A DNA stretch of 64,000 nucleotides, taken from NCBI GenBank assembly GCA_041750655.1, contig JBGSYZ010000007.1:41493-105492 (forward strand). Direction: 5' to 3'. The notes below the pieces were generated by a model, which was not told the DNA's origin, ran no database searches, and was given only the letters and a program-made list of their open reading frames with translations. Shown one piece after another: positions 29,129-39,000 of this stretch; positions within the stretch are counted from its first letter, which is position 1, and each line of letters begins with the position of its first letter. A program made the position numbers and the translations under genes. This DNA comes from Minisyncoccia bacterium. GTDB taxonomy: Bacteria > Patescibacteriota > Minisyncoccia > Phycocordibacterales > UBA918.

Positions 29129-29614
29129 CTAAGCTACTTTTCGAGAAAATACTGTGAAAAGCCAACGTGTAGGATTTTGTTGTGGTTCTTGTTTAGGAAC
29201 TTGCGCCAGTAGTCGACCAATTTCGCTGCAGCTTTCCCAAAATTTTCTTTGCAATACTTGCGACCATACCATTTCTAGTTCTCGTGTATCCTCACGACTC
29301 GAATCAGTTGGTATATCAAAACCCAACATAAACGATTCTTCTGGAGAAAGATTAAACAATCTCTTTACAGCACTAGATGTTGCTCGGTATTTAAATCGTT
29401 TGTCATGGCTGAACGCCAGAGCCAGTACATCGTGATCATAAGTAACAATGTCAATTAGACACACAGGTTTACCGTGGTGATAGGAAAACATATTGAACAC
29501 ATAGCCATTCGGCGCATGTTCATCAAGCCAAGCTTTGCCGCATTTTACACGTTCTTCAAGCGTCATTTGATGGTGGCTGATCATGGTTGTCTCCTTGTTG
29601 AAGCCTCTGCGCAC
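29129..29614 (-). CDS. Hypothetical protein
   Basis: 161-aa ORF. Confidence 0.4.
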   Translation of the reverse strand: MRRGFNKETTMISHHQMTLEERVKCGKAWLDEHAPNGYVFNMFSYHHGKPVCLIDIVTYDHDVLALAFSHDKRFKYRATSSAVKRLFNLSPEESFMLGFDIPTDSSREDTRELEMVWSQVLQRKFWESCSEIGRLLAQVPKQEPQQNPTRWLFTVFSRKVA

Positions 29615-29678
29615 ATAATGCTGGATTCGGGAGTAATGTCAACGGGTTTTGTGTTTAAGGAGCGGCAGCTGCGCTGCC

Positions 29679-29710
29679 GCTCCTTTTATTAGTTGACATT
29701 TACCCGCAAA
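29679..29710 (+). terminator. GC hairpin plus T-run
   Basis: GGAGCGGCAGC-TGC-GCTGCCGCTCC followed by TTTTATT. Confidence 0.45.
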
Positions 29711-29712
29711 TC

Positions 29713-29741
29713 CCGTACCATAGCCCCCGTTCCAACTTAGT
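29713..29741 (+). promoter_or_regulatory. Sigma70-like promoter for the rpsS-rplE block
   Basis: TTGACA - 17 nt - TACCAT; ~145-nt leader before rpsS. Confidence 0.5.
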
Positions 29742-29887
29742 ACGCATTTGTTGTCCATCTAACAACAAACGCACTTATTCAACACTATTTGGGGATTTCT
29801 AATAAGGCTGGCCGTTACCTCGCTTTATAAGAGATTCCCACCAACCATTCCCATTCTCGGGAGGGGTATTTATTTCTAAATTAATCT

Positions 29888-30220
29888 ATGTCACGATCAC
29901 TGTATAAAGGCCCATATGTAGACGCGAAACTCCTTAAAAAAGTTTCCAAGCTCGATGCCAAAACTCATAAGGGTTCAATTAAAACGTGGGCTCGAAACTC
30001 AACTATCTCACCGGAAATGGTTGGATTTACCTTTGGTGTCCACAACGGCAAGCAACACCTTGACGTATTTGTGTCTGAAGAAATGGTTGGACACGTATTG
30101 GGTGAATTCTCACCGACCAAAAAATTCTACCGACACGGAGGTAAGATGCAGAAAGAACTTGATACTAAAAAGAAGGAAGCGGAAATTGCAGCTGCTAAAG
30201 CTGCTAAAGCTGCTGGTTAA
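29888..30220 (+). CDS. rpsS: 30S ribosomal protein S19 (Ala/Lys-rich C-terminal extension)
   Basis: [11 protein letters not shown]...FGVHNGKQH...GHVLGEF matches S19. Confidence 0.9.
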   Translation: MSRSLYKGPYVDAKLLKKVSKLDAKTHKGSIKTWARNSTISPEMVGFTFGVHNGKQHLDVFVSEEMVGHVLGEFSPTKKFYRHGGKMQKELDTKKKEAEIAAAKAAKAAG

Positions 30221-30231
30221 TAACATTCTAT

Positions 30232-30576
30232 ATGAAAGCAGTACTCAAAAATTATCGCCAATCACCACGTAAAGTTCGTCTTATTGCTGATTTGGTGCGC
30301 GGGAAGAAAGTAAAAGCCGCTCTAGCCCAACTACAATTCGTTGAAAAACGAGCCGCTCTACCTTTTGCAAAAGTTATCAGCTCTGCTGCGGCTAATGCAA
30401 AATCACAAGGAGTTGATGTAGATGGCCTTATTATTACGAAAGTATCAGTTGATAAGGGTGAAATTTTTAAGCGTTTTATGCCACGAGCTCGTGGTTCAGC
30501 GTCCCGAATTAACAAGCGAAACAGCCATATTTCAGTCGAGCTTGGCACTAAGAAGTCTAAGGCTAAAGTTAAATAA
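30232..30576 (+). CDS. rplV: 50S ribosomal protein L22
   Basis: Similarity and context. Confidence 0.9.
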   Translation: MKAVLKNYRQSPRKVRLIADLVRGKKVKAALAQLQFVEKRAALPFAKVISSAAANAKSQGVDVDGLIITKVSVDKGEIFKRFMPRARGSASRINKRNSHISVELGTKKSKAKVK

Positions 30577-30580
30577 TACT

Positions 30581-31294
30581 ATGACACACGTAGCACATCC
30601 ATACGCCCAACGCCTCGGCATCATTCGTGATTGGAAATCACGGTGGTTTACTAACGATTCTACCAAGTACAAGGAATACATCCGAACCGATGACGCTGTG
30701 CGGACACTTCTCTCCAAAAAACTAAAAGGCATGTCTATTGCTGGAGTAGAAATCGAACGTGACGATAAGGTGTATCGTATTATCATCAAAACGTCTCGTC
30801 CCGGACTCATCATCGGCCGCAGTGGTGAAGGTGCAGTGACGCTTAAGAAAGACATCGATATGTTGATGCGTAAGCTTAAGCTGACTGAAAAGCCAGAACT
30901 TAAGATTGATATTGAAGAAGTTCGTTCTCCTGAGAGCAATGCTTCCATTGTTGGTCAAATGGTAGCTGAAGGACTAGAGAAGCGTATGCCGTTTCGTCGA
31001 GTACTTAAGCAAACTGCCGAAAAAGTAATGGCCAATCGTGACGTTAAGGGAGTTCGCATCCTCTTGGCGGGACGTCTTGGTGGAGCTGATATGGCCCGTC
31101 GTGAACAGCTTAAGAAAGGCCAGATTCCATTGCAGACACTCCGCGCTGATATTGATTTTGCTCGTGAACGAGCGACTCTACCGTATGGTGTTATTGGTAT
31201 TAAGGTTTGGATTTACCGAGGTGAAGTCTTTGTTGATCGCAAAGAAGGCACTGAAGAAGTTAAACCAGCTCCTCGTCGAGCCCGTAATGCATAA
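30581..31294 (+). CDS. rpsC: 30S ribosomal protein S3
   Basis: ATG 30581 in frame with track ORF 30422..31294; KH and S3 C-terminal domain similarity. Confidence 0.9.
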   Translation: MTHVAHPYAQRLGIIRDWKSRWFTNDSTKYKEYIRTDDAVRTLLSKKLKGMSIAGVEIERDDKVYRIIIKTSRPGLIIGRSGEGAVTLKKDIDMLMRKLKLTEKPELKIDIEEVRSPESNASIVGQMVAEGLEKRMPFRRVLKQTAEKVMANRDVKGVRILLAGRLGGADMARREQLKKGQIPLQTLRADIDFARERATLPYGVIGIKVWIYRGEVFVDRKEGTEEVKPAPRRARNA

Positions 31295-31304
31295 TTAAAC
31301 GCGT

Positions 31305-31739
31305 ATGTTATTTCCAAAAAAAGTAAAACACCGAAAATGGCAAGTGGGGCGTATGCACCCAGACAAGCTTCTTCGTCCTGAAACACGAGGGGTGACTGTA
31401 GCGTTCGGTTCATATGGTCTTAAGGCCACTACCCAATCAAGAGTTACGAGTAACCAAATCGAAGCGGCTCGTCGAGTAGTATCACGTACTTTGGGCAAAA
31501 CTGGTAAAATCTGGATTCGTATTTTCCCTGATAAGCCGTTTACAAAGAAACCAGCTGAAGTAGGTATGGGTAAAGGTAAAGGTGATTCAGCCGGTTTTAT
31601 CTTTGATGTTCGACCAGGTCGAATGTTATTTGAAATTGATGGTGTGTCTGAAGAAATCGCTCGCGAAGCGCTTCGCAAAGCAGCGTGTAAACTTCCGGTT
31701 AAAGCCAAGTTTGTCAGTCGTGATGAAACCCGCGTTTAA
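31305..31739 (+). CDS. rplP: 50S ribosomal protein L16
   Basis: MLFPKKVKHRKWQ...; similarity. Confidence 0.9.
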   Translation: MLFPKKVKHRKWQVGRMHPDKLLRPETRGVTVAFGSYGLKATTQSRVTSNQIEAARRVVSRTLGKTGKIWIRIFPDKPFTKKPAEVGMGKGKGDSAGFIFDVRPGRMLFEIDGVSEEIAREALRKAACKLPVKAKFVSRDETRV

Positions 31740-31749
31740 TTAAATACGT

Positions 31750-31962
31750 ATGAGTAACATGAAAGATATCAAAGCCAAAAACGATACAGATTTGGCAACA
31801 TATGTTCAGGAAAAGCGCGAAGCAGTTCGTAAGTTCAGGTTTTCGCTAGCTGGGTCACGACCGCGAAACGTGCGACAAATTCGAGTAGATAAGAAAGAAG
31901 TCGCGCGTGCTTTGACCGAACAAACTTTGCGGACTAAGGAAGCTAAAGCAAATAGCAAATAA
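31750..31962 (+). CDS. rpmC: 50S ribosomal protein L29
   Basis: Similarity and context. Confidence 0.85.
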   Translation: MSNMKDIKAKNDTDLATYVQEKREAVRKFRFSLAGSRPRNVRQIRVDKKEVARALTEQTLRTKEAKANSK

Positions 31963-31967
31963 TTATT

Positions 31968-32243
31968 ATGGCAAACAAAGAAACAACAAATACTGCTGAA
32001 ACTACTACTAAAGGACGCGTCCTTCGTGGTCGAGTAGTATCAACTAAGATGCAAGATACGATTGCAGTTATTGTGGACCGCTACGTAAAACATCCAAAGT
32101 ACAAGAAATTCCAGAAGCGAAGTAAGAAATTTTTGGTACATGACGCTGGTAATACTGCTAACGAAGGAGATTTGGTTTCAATTCGCGAAGTGGCTCCAAT
32201 GAGTAAAAGAAAACACTTCACTCTCATAACCGATACTAAATAA
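31968..32243 (+). CDS. rpsQ: 30S ribosomal protein S17
   Basis: Similarity and context. Confidence 0.85.
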   Translation: MANKETTNTAETTTKGRVLRGRVVSTKMQDTIAVIVDRYVKHPKYKKFQKRSKKFLVHDAGNTANEGDLVSIREVAPMSKRKHFTLITDTK

Positions 32244-32249
32244 ACGCGT

Positions 32250-32621
32250 ATGATTCAACCTCAAACAATAGTAAAAATAACCGATAACACAGGAGCCAAA
32301 GTTGGTCGTGTATTTAAGGTACTTGGTGGTTCAAAGAAGCGTTACGCTGAACTCGGAGAAATGGTAGTACTGTCTGTACAAACAGCCGAACCGCGTAAGC
32401 AAGTAAAAAAGAAAGATGTGGTGTACGGAATTATCGTGCGTCAACGAAAGCCATTTCGTCGTAAGGATGGTTCGTACATCAGTTTTGATGACAATGCCGT
32501 AGTCTTGGTCGACAAAGAAAAGAAAGAGCCAAAAGCCAACCGTGTGTTTGGTCCAATCCCACGCGAAATTGCTGAGGCAGGTTACCAGAAAATAGTTTCC
32601 CTCGCTCCTGAGGTTGTGTAA
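32250..32621 (+). CDS. rplN: 50S ribosomal protein L14
   Basis: MIQPQTIVKITDNTGAK...; similarity. Confidence 0.9.
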   Translation: MIQPQTIVKITDNTGAKVGRVFKVLGGSKKRYAELGEMVVLSVQTAEPRKQVKKKDVVYGIIVRQRKPFRRKDGSYISFDDNAVVLVDKEKKEPKANRVFGPIPREIAEAGYQKIVSLAPEVV

Positions 32622-32631
32622 TACATTTCAT

Positions 32632-32943
32632 ATGAAAATCAAAAAAGGAGACAAAGTAATTGTGCTATCAGGCAAAGAAAAAGGCAAGACCGGAAAGGTT
32701 GAACGGGTGCTGGCTGAAAGCAACCAAGTAATTGTTGAAGGAATCAACACTGTCACTCGACACTCAAAGAACAAACGAGTTCGTTCTCATGGTCAAATCA
32801 TCGAGAAACAAATGCCGATCAACGCTTCGAAAGTCGGAGTAGTAGTAGACGGTAAACCGGTTAGGGTTGGGTTCGTCTTTGAAGGAGAAGGTGACAAGAG
32901 AAAGAAGGTTCGCGTTGCTCGACCAAGCGGTACTAAGATTTAA
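32632..32943 (+). CDS. rplX: 50S ribosomal protein L24
   Basis: ATG 32632 (MKIKKGDKVIVLSGKEKGKTGKV) in frame with track ORF 32614..32943. Confidence 0.85.
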   Translation: MKIKKGDKVIVLSGKEKGKTGKVERVLAESNQVIVEGINTVTRHSKNKRVRSHGQIIEKQMPINASKVGVVVDGKPVRVGFVFEGEGDKRKKVRVARPSGTKI

Positions 32944-32947
32944 TACA

Positions 32948-33493
32948 ATGCCTATGGAAATGCTAAAAGACAAAATGAATACTGCGTTTGATGCCATGAA
33001 AAAAGATTTCGGGTACACAAACGTTATGCAAACCCCAAAGATAACTAAGGTAGTAGTTTCAACTGGTACTGGTAAAGTTGATGATAAAGGTAAGTTGGAA
33101 ATCATTAAAGATCGTCTTGCTACTATCACTGGTCAAAAGGCCTCACCACGACCAGCCAAGCAATCAATCGCGTCCTTTAAATTGCGTGAAGGCGATATTA
33201 TTGGGTATCAAGTGACCTTGCGAGGGAAGCGTATGCACGATTTCCTTAATAAGCTTATTCACGTAGCATTACCACAGACTCGTGACTTTCGTGGTCTTAA
33301 GGTAACAGCTATTGATGAGATGGGTAATATTACTCTGGGTATTAAGGAACATTCTATCTTCCCCGAAACTGCTGATGAGGACTTGCGAGATATTTTCTCT
33401 TTAGCTGTGACTATTGTGACTACAGCTAAGAATAAGGCTGAAGCCGAGGCGTTGCTGAGACATATTGGCTTGCCGTTGCAAAAAGTCGAATAG
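32948..33493 (+). CDS. rplE: 50S ribosomal protein L5
   Basis: ATG 32948 in frame with track ORF 32867..33493; similarity. Confidence 0.85.
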   Translation: MPMEMLKDKMNTAFDAMKKDFGYTNVMQTPKITKVVVSTGTGKVDDKGKLEIIKDRLATITGQKASPRPAKQSIASFKLREGDIIGYQVTLRGKRMHDFLNKLIHVALPQTRDFRGLKVTAIDEMGNITLGIKEHSIFPETADEDLRDIFSLAVTIVTTAKNKAEAEALLRHIGLPLQKVE

Positions 33494-33706
33494 ACTTTTT
33501 AGGAAGCAAACTGCTTTGCTTCCGGCAACGGTAAGAAGCACAGCGATGTCACAGCTATTCCTAATGCTGTGACCGCGAGCTGGGGTCGACAGTACTTACT
33601 ATAATTTGCACGAAGTGAAAAATTATAGTTAGTAACTGGTGACAGCCGTTGCAGAAGCCAGTTGAAGAAGTGACTAAATAGTTTTAACTATACATACTAA
33701 GTGAAA
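33494..33706 (+). other. Structured intergenic element downstream of rplE, homologous to the fusA-downstream element
   Basis: GGAAGCAAA-CTGC-TTTGCTTCC and GTCACAGC...GCTGTGAC hairpins; ~70% identity over ~85 nt with 16950..17040 (shared AGTACTTA and AAAATTATAnTTAGTAACT cores). Confidence 0.35.
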
Positions 33707-33745
33707 GAACGGCGGCCCCTAGGGCCGCCGTTCTTTCGTCGTCTT
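33707..33745 (+). terminator. Rho-independent terminator after the rplE block
   Basis: GAACGGCGGCCC-CTA-GGGCCGCCGTTC followed by TTTCGTCGTCTTT. Confidence 0.7.
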
Positions 33746-33765
33746 TGTGATTCCAATATTAAAAA

Positions 33766-33795
33766 ACGGGCGGGGCTGTTGCCCCGCCCGTTAAA
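33766..33795 (-). terminator. Rho-independent terminator for 33808..34593
   Basis: ACGGGCGGGGC-TGTT-GCCCCGCCCGT with T6 on the minus strand. Confidence 0.7.
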
Positions 33796-33807
33796 AGAGC
33801 AGTAGTA

Positions 33808-34593
33808 CTATTCGGCCGGTAATTGATTGGCGGCGGTCATCGAGCGCAGCTTTTCAACAAGAGTATGAACCTCCTCGCCGACCTCACTTGGCGCCGGTTC
33901 TTCCATTTTTTGTTCAACCATAAAGTCAATGATTTGGTTAACAGCCGACAGTAGTTCGCGTTTTTCCGATAGCCGCATTAGGCCACCGTTGGTATCAAGG
34001 TGTTGGAGTAATTCTTCCAATAACTTTTCCATCTGGCCAAGAACAGCGGTTGCTTCATCCTCTTCTTTCTGTAAAGCTTGGGCGAGACTGAAACAACCCT
34101 TATTTCTTAGGAAATTATCCTTTGTACCGGTTACATATCGATACATGGCCGTTTCCACCACTGCCGCTAGGTTTAGTTCAAGGAACTCAGTTCGGGCGGC
34201 TGTGGTGACTGATGTACTCATGCCAAAGCACATAAGGGCCAGCAAAGCGGGTAAAAGCATAATCAGAGCCAAAACCAGAACGCTGAACCAATGTAGTTCA
34301 AACGGAGCGGTGTGCCACCACTCGTAGTACGTACTAGACAATTCCAGCACCAAATAGCCGGTGACCAGGAATAATCCTGATAAGCACCAACCGCCGAATC
34401 TCCACCATTTTCCAGGCTTCAGCGCCTGCTTGATGTCGTGTTGGCGCTGATATTGGACACGCTCATGTGCTTCCTGTGCAGTCAGCGGCCGCACTTCCTG
34501 TATAACAGTGGTCATTTTCACCCTTCCCAAGGTTGATTTTCCATATAAAACAATACCTTGAAAAATTTTATAGTCAATATACAGATGATACAA
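33808..34593 (-). CDS. Membrane protein with coiled-coil C-terminal domain (hypothetical); GC higher than surroundings
   Basis: Probable start at internal M (MTTVIQEV...); two TM helices; inserted between rplE and rpsN. Confidence 0.4.
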   Translation of the reverse strand: MYHLYIDYKIFQGIVLYGKSTLGRVKMTTVIQEVRPLTAQEAHERVQYQRQHDIKQALKPGKWWRFGGWCLSGLFLVTGYLVLELSSTYYEWWHTAPFELHWFSVLVLALIMLLPALLALMCFGMSTSVTTAARTEFLELNLAAVVETAMYRYVTGTKDNFLRNKGCFSLAQALQKEEDEATAVLGQMEKLLEELLQHLDTNGGLMRLSEKRELLSAVNQIIDFMVEQKMEEPAPSEVGEEVHTLVEKLRSMTAANQLPAE

Positions 34594-34769
34594 ATGGCGA
34601 TTAGAGGTTGCTATTTATACATATTCAGGTATAGTAGCTCGCATTACGACCAGGAGAGATTTTGGTGGTGAAGGTGAGCTTTGGCGTTAGCCATTGCGAG
34701 CCGGATTATTAGGAGACAAGGTCGTCAATTCTAGACGAAACCAGTCTCAAACATTAAATACTTCATTCA

Positions 34770-34955
34770 ATGGCACGAAAGTCTATTATTGCGCGCGCGA
34801 AGCGCGAGCCGAAGTTCAAAAGCCGCGTAGTTCATCGTTGCTTTAAGTGTGGTCGAAAACGAGGTTACATGCGTGACTTCGATATGTGTCGAGTTTGCTT
34901 CCGCGAAGCGGCACTAGAGGGACATATACCAGGTATAAAGAAATCATCATGGTAA
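34770..34955 (+). CDS. rpsN: 30S ribosomal protein S14, type Z (zinc-binding)
   Basis: 61 aa, [21 protein letters not shown]4 motif. Confidence 0.9.
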   Translation: MARKSIIARAKREPKFKSRVVHRCFKCGRKRGYMRDFDMCRVCFREAALEGHIPGIKKSSW

Positions 34956-35341
34956 GCGACACAGTAGGAGATTTCATCATCCAGCTTAAGAATGCTGGAG
35001 CGGTAGGCAAGGGCGAAATTACTTTGCCATATTCAAAACTAAAGCACGCGATTGCCGATAAGCTTGTAGCGGCTGGTTTTATTACTAGCGTGAATAAGAA
35101 AGGTAAAGGTGTCAAAAAAGAGCTGTCTATTGAGCTCAAATATGACAATGACCAACACTTTATCCGTGGTGTACAACGTATCAGCAAGCCTGGTCGTCGT
35201 CTGTACGCTGGCGTTGCTGAAATTCACCCAGTGAAATTTGGTCACGGAAAGCTTATTCTCTCAACCCCAGCAGGTATTTTGACTGACGACGAAGCACGTC
35301 ACCAAAACGTTGGCGGTGAGCAATTATTTAAAATTTGGTAA
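34949..35341 (+). CDS. rpsH: 30S ribosomal protein S8
   Basis: ATG 34949 overlaps the rpsN stop (ATGGTAA); [16 protein letters not shown] matches the S8 N-terminus. Confidence 0.85.
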   Translation: MVSDTVGDFIIQLKNAGAVGKGEITLPYSKLKHAIADKLVAAGFITSVNKKGKGVKKELSIELKYDNDQHFIRGVQRISKPGRRLYAGVAEIHPVKFGHGKLILSTPAGILTDDEARHQNVGGEQLFKIW

Positions 35342-35343
35342 GT

Positions 35344-35877
35344 ATGAGCAGACTAGGAAAACTACCAATAACGGTTCCGTCAGGCGTTGAAGCAACGTTG
35401 GCTGATGGAGTACTAACAGTGAAGGGTCCAAAAGGAACCCTTTCACGTAAACTCGTCAAAGAAGTAACAGTAACCATCGACAATGGTGAAATTGTAGTGG
35501 CTCCCGCTAAGGAGGATGGTTCAGCCAAGGCTTTGTGGGGAACATTCGCCGCTCACGCCAATAATATGGTGAAAGGTGTAACTGAAGGTTTTACTAAAGT
35601 TCTAGAGATTGAAGGAGTTGGGTATCGAGCAGAAATGAAGGGTGCCAACTTAGCTTTAAGTATGGGCTTTTCACACCCAGTCGAGATGGCACTTCCGGAA
35701 GGACTGTCCGCTACAGTAGAGAAGAACGTCATAACGATTACTGGTTCTGACAAAGAGGCGATCGGCCAATTTGCTGCTGACGTACGAAACGTTCGAAAGC
35801 CTGAGCCGTACAAAGGTAAAGGCATTCGGTATCAAGGTGAACACATTATTCGTAAGCAAGGTAAGAAGGCTGTGTAG
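35344..35877 (+). CDS. rplF: 50S ribosomal protein L6
   Basis: ATG 35344 (MSRLGKLPITVP) in frame with track ORF 35335 (TTG); similarity. Confidence 0.85.
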   Translation: MSRLGKLPITVPSGVEATLADGVLTVKGPKGTLSRKLVKEVTVTIDNGEIVVAPAKEDGSAKALWGTFAAHANNMVKGVTEGFTKVLEIEGVGYRAEMKGANLALSMGFSHPVEMALPEGLSATVEKNVITITGSDKEAIGQFAADVRNVRKPEPYKGKGIRYQGEHIIRKQGKKAV

Positions 35878-35895
35878 TCTTGTAAATACATTCAT

Positions 35896-36246
35896 ATGAA
35901 CAAAACAGCACAAAAAACCCAAGAACGAAATCGACGACACGCGCGTATTCGCGCTCGGGTTACCGGAACAGAAGCCCGACCACGTCTGGCAGTATTTCGC
36001 AGTAATAAATACCTGTACGCTCAGCTTATAAACGATGAAACAGGCACCACTTTAGCTTCAGTTGATACACGTAAAATGAAGGGTGATAGTACAAGCGCTA
36101 AAGCCAGCGAGGCCGGAAAAGCGATTGCTGAAGCCGCTCAAAAATTAAAAATCGAGGCTGTAGTCTTTGACCGAGGTGGCTTCAAATACCAAGGTGGTAT
36201 TGCTGCTTTAGCGGATGGCGCTCGAGAAGGAGGACTAACGTTTTAG
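35896..36246 (+). CDS. rplR: 50S ribosomal protein L18
   Basis: Similarity and context. Confidence 0.85.
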   Translation: MNKTAQKTQERNRRHARIRARVTGTEARPRLAVFRSNKYLYAQLINDETGTTLASVDTRKMKGDSTSAKASEAGKAIAEAAQKLKIEAVVFDRGGFKYQGGIAALADGAREGGLTF

Positions 36247-36277
36247 CCAAACAAATTTAATTAATTAACAAACAAAC

Positions 36278-36955
36278 ATGTCAGAAAAAGAACAGGAAGC
36301 TACAACTACTCCCGAAGTAGAAAAGACAACCGATACGGTTGTCGCTGATGCACCTGTGGCTGAAAAGACGGAAGTGGCAAATGATGCTACAGACGCTACA
36401 GCTCCAGATGCTCGTCCTCGTCGCGGTGGTCCACGAGGTGGCGGTGATAAAAATGATCGTCGTAATCCACGTCGGGCTCGTCGTAATGATCGTCGTGGCG
36501 AACGACAAAAGCCAGAATTTGACCAGAAAATTATTAGCATCCGCCGCGTAACGCGTGTTATGGCTGGTGGTCGTCGTTTCTCATTTTCTGTGGCGATGGT
36601 GATTGGTGACAAGAAAGGAAAGGTGGGTGTAGGAATCGGCAAAGCCGGTGACACGCAGCTAGCGATCGAAAAGGCGGCTCGCAACGCTAAGAAAAATCTG
36701 TTCACTGTACCAGTCAACAAAGACATGCACATTCCTCATGACGTGCAGGTGAAGTATGCTTCAAGTGAAGTTATGATTATGCCAGCTCCTGGTCGTGGAC
36801 TCGTAGCCGGTTCTTCAGTGCGAACTGTACTTGAACTAGCGGGGGTAAAGGATGTGACTGCTAAGGTCTTCTCTCGTTCAAAGAACAAGTTAAATAATGC
36901 TAGAGCTGCTATCTTAGCGTTGAAGCAACTACGAGTTAATTCATCACAAAAATAG
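36278..36955 (+). CDS. rpsE: 30S ribosomal protein S5 (with ~75-aa acidic/Arg-rich N-terminal extension)
   Basis: IISIRRVTRVMAGGRRFSFSVAMVIGDKKGKVGVGIGKA core matches S5. Confidence 0.9.
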   Translation: MSEKEQEATTTPEVEKTTDTVVADAPVAEKTEVANDATDATAPDARPRRGGPRGGGDKNDRRNPRRARRNDRRGERQKPEFDQKIISIRRVTRVMAGGRRFSFSVAMVIGDKKGKVGVGIGKAGDTQLAIEKAARNAKKNLFTVPVNKDMHIPHDVQVKYASSEVMIMPAPGRGLVAGSSVRTVLELAGVKDVTAKVFSRSKNKLNNARAAILALKQLRVNSSQK

Positions 36956-37013
36956 TATGCACTCAGGAGCACTAAGTGTTTCTAAAACTCATTAATCATT
37001 CGTTAAGAAATCT

Positions 37014-37460
37014 ATGCAGTTACATGAACTAAAACCGAATACAAAAAAGAAGACAGCTCGACGAATTGGTCGCGGTGGTAAGCGCGGTAAAACGTCTGGT
37101 CGTGGTATGAAAGGACAAACTGCCCGTGCTGGTAACAGTACTCGTCCTGAAATGCGAGATATAATCAAGAAATTACCAAAACTTCGTGGTCATGGTAAAA
37201 ACCGAGCTAAGACAGTAAACGCCGATAAGATTCTTCCAACAGTTATCAATGTATCAGCTCTAGAACAGCTAGAAGCTGGGACAGCAGTAAACCCAAAAAG
37301 CTTAGTAGCGATTGGTTTGGTTAATGCACGTCGTAAGAAAGCCCCAGTGGTAAAAATTCTTGGAAATGGGGAACTTACCAAGAAATTGACTATAACTGAT
37401 TGTCTGGTTTCTAAAACAGCTAAAGACAAGATTGAAAAGGTGGGAGGTAGTGTGGCGTAA
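37014..37460 (+). CDS. rplO: 50S ribosomal protein L15
   Basis: Similarity; directly follows rpsE with a 58-nt gap and no rpmD (L30). Confidence 0.9.
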   Translation: MQLHELKPNTKKKTARRIGRGGKRGKTSGRGMKGQTARAGNSTRPEMRDIIKKLPKLRGHGKNRAKTVNADKILPTVINVSALEQLEAGTAVNPKSLVAIGLVNARRKKAPVVKILGNGELTKKLTITDCLVSKTAKDKIEKVGGSVA

Positions 37461-37536
37461 ACTCGCTTCACTACAGGGAGTAGGCTACAATAGTCTACAC
37501 AAACATTGTACGTAATTACGGTATATCCGACTTCTT

Positions 37537-38808
37537 ATGGATACATTCATCCACAAACTAAAAATTATTATCAAAGATAAAAGTATTCGCAATCGGATTC
37601 TTTTCGTACTCGGAGCATTAATTGTCTTCCGAGCCTTGGCGGCAATTCCAATTCCTGGAGTCGATATTTTCGTACTACAAGAATTTTTCAGCAATAACCA
37701 ATTCTTGGGGCTCATGAACATCTTTTCAGGTGGTGGATTAGCTAACCTCTCGATTGTGATGCTTGGAGTCGGTCCGTATATTACAGCGTCTATCATCATG
37801 CAGTTGATGACGGTGATGTCTCCGGCTCTAAAATCTATGCAGACAGAAGACGGTGAAGCTGGTAAGCAGAAATTCATGCAATACAGTCGTATGCTGACGT
37901 TGCCACTAGCCATCCTTCAAGCCTTTGGTTTTCTGACATTGCTTCAGAACCAGGGCGTCATTGCTGGGCTTGATACTTTTGGTTTTGTTACCAACGTGAT
38001 TCTTGTGGTAGCTGGCTCGATGCTACTGATGTGGATTGGTGAGCTAGTGACTGAATACGGTATTGGAAACGGAGTATCCATTCTTATCTTTGCAGGTATA
38101 GTGGCTTCGATTCCGACTACCATTTCTCAGTTATTCTTCAGCTACAATCCATCACAGTTACCGCTGTACTTAGGGGCAACCTTAGTGACCTTTATCATCA
38201 CCTACGCAGTAGTAGTAATGACTGAAGCCGAACGGCCAGTGCCAATTACGTATTCTAAGCAGGTGCGCGGAGGAAAGACGTATGGCGGGACTCAGACGTA
38301 TCTGCCGCTTCGTCTCAATCAAGCGGGTGTGATTCCAATTATCTTTGCCCTCTCTATTCTTTTGTTCCCGCAAATGGCTATTAATATCCTAGCAACTTTC
38401 AATTGGCCATGGGTAGCGACGTTCTCAGATTACGTACTACGTTTCTTCAATAACTTGCCACTGTATGCGGCGGTATACTTTGTATTCGTATTTCTCTTTA
38501 CCTTCTTCTACACCGCGGTAACCTTTGATCCAGAGTCAGTATCAAAGAACCTGCAACGCAATGGTGCTTTTATTCCTGGAATTCGTCCTGGTGGTCAAAC
38601 TTCCGATTATCTTGGCAACTTAGTCACACGTCTTACGTTAGTAGGAGCCATTTTCCTCAGTTTGGTTGCAGTACTCCCGATCGGGATGCAAATTGTGACC
38701 GGAGTAGCAGCACTGTCTATTGGTGGTACGGCGCTTCTTATTGTGGTGAATGTGGTACTCGATCTCATCCGACGCATCGACGCCCAAGTCTCACTGAGAG
38801 AGTATTAA
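37537..38808 (+). CDS. secY: Preprotein translocase subunit SecY
   Basis: 10-TM topology; similarity and context. Confidence 0.95.
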   Translation: MDTFIHKLKIIIKDKSIRNRILFVLGALIVFRALAAIPIPGVDIFVLQEFFSNNQFLGLMNIFSGGGLANLSIVMLGVGPYITASIIMQLMTVMSPALKSMQTEDGEAGKQKFMQYSRMLTLPLAILQAFGFLTLLQNQGVIAGLDTFGFVTNVILVVAGSMLLMWIGELVTEYGIGNGVSILIFAGIVASIPTTISQLFFSYNPSQLPLYLGATLVTFIITYAVVVMTEAERPVPITYSKQVRGGKTYGGTQTYLPLRLNQAGVIPIIFALSILLFPQMAINILATFNWPWVATFSDYVLRFFNNLPLYAAVYFVFVFLFTFFYTAVTFDPESVSKNLQRNGAFIPGIRPGGQTSDYLGNLVTRLTLVGAIFLSLVAVLPIGMQIVTGVAALSIGGTALLIVVNVVLDLIRRIDAQVSLREY

Positions 38809-38963
38809 ATCATTTAATACTTCGTTGCATTGCAGAAAAAGCGCCTCGCTGTACAACTAGTACACCTCGGGCGTTTTTTAAGTGTGCGCCTCGTCTAAAA
38901 CGATTTACTATTTCTCTCAACCTTGGTGAAGAATATAGATTTTAAGGTGACTCAACCAAAGCA

Positions 38964-39000
38964 AAAGTCGCGTGCCCGAAGGGCACGCGACTTTTGTTTC
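38964..39000. terminator. Bidirectional rho-independent terminator
   Basis: AAAAGTCGCGTGCCC-GAA-GGGCACGCGACTTTT followed by GTTTC. Confidence 0.75.

Noticed and set aside
30252-30948. Antisense ORFs inside rplV/rpsC (30252..30548, 30532..30948, 30722..30958) and inside rpsE (36265..36732, 36281..36508)
   Set aside because: They overlap highly conserved ribosomal protein genes on the opposite strand; typical shadow ORFs.
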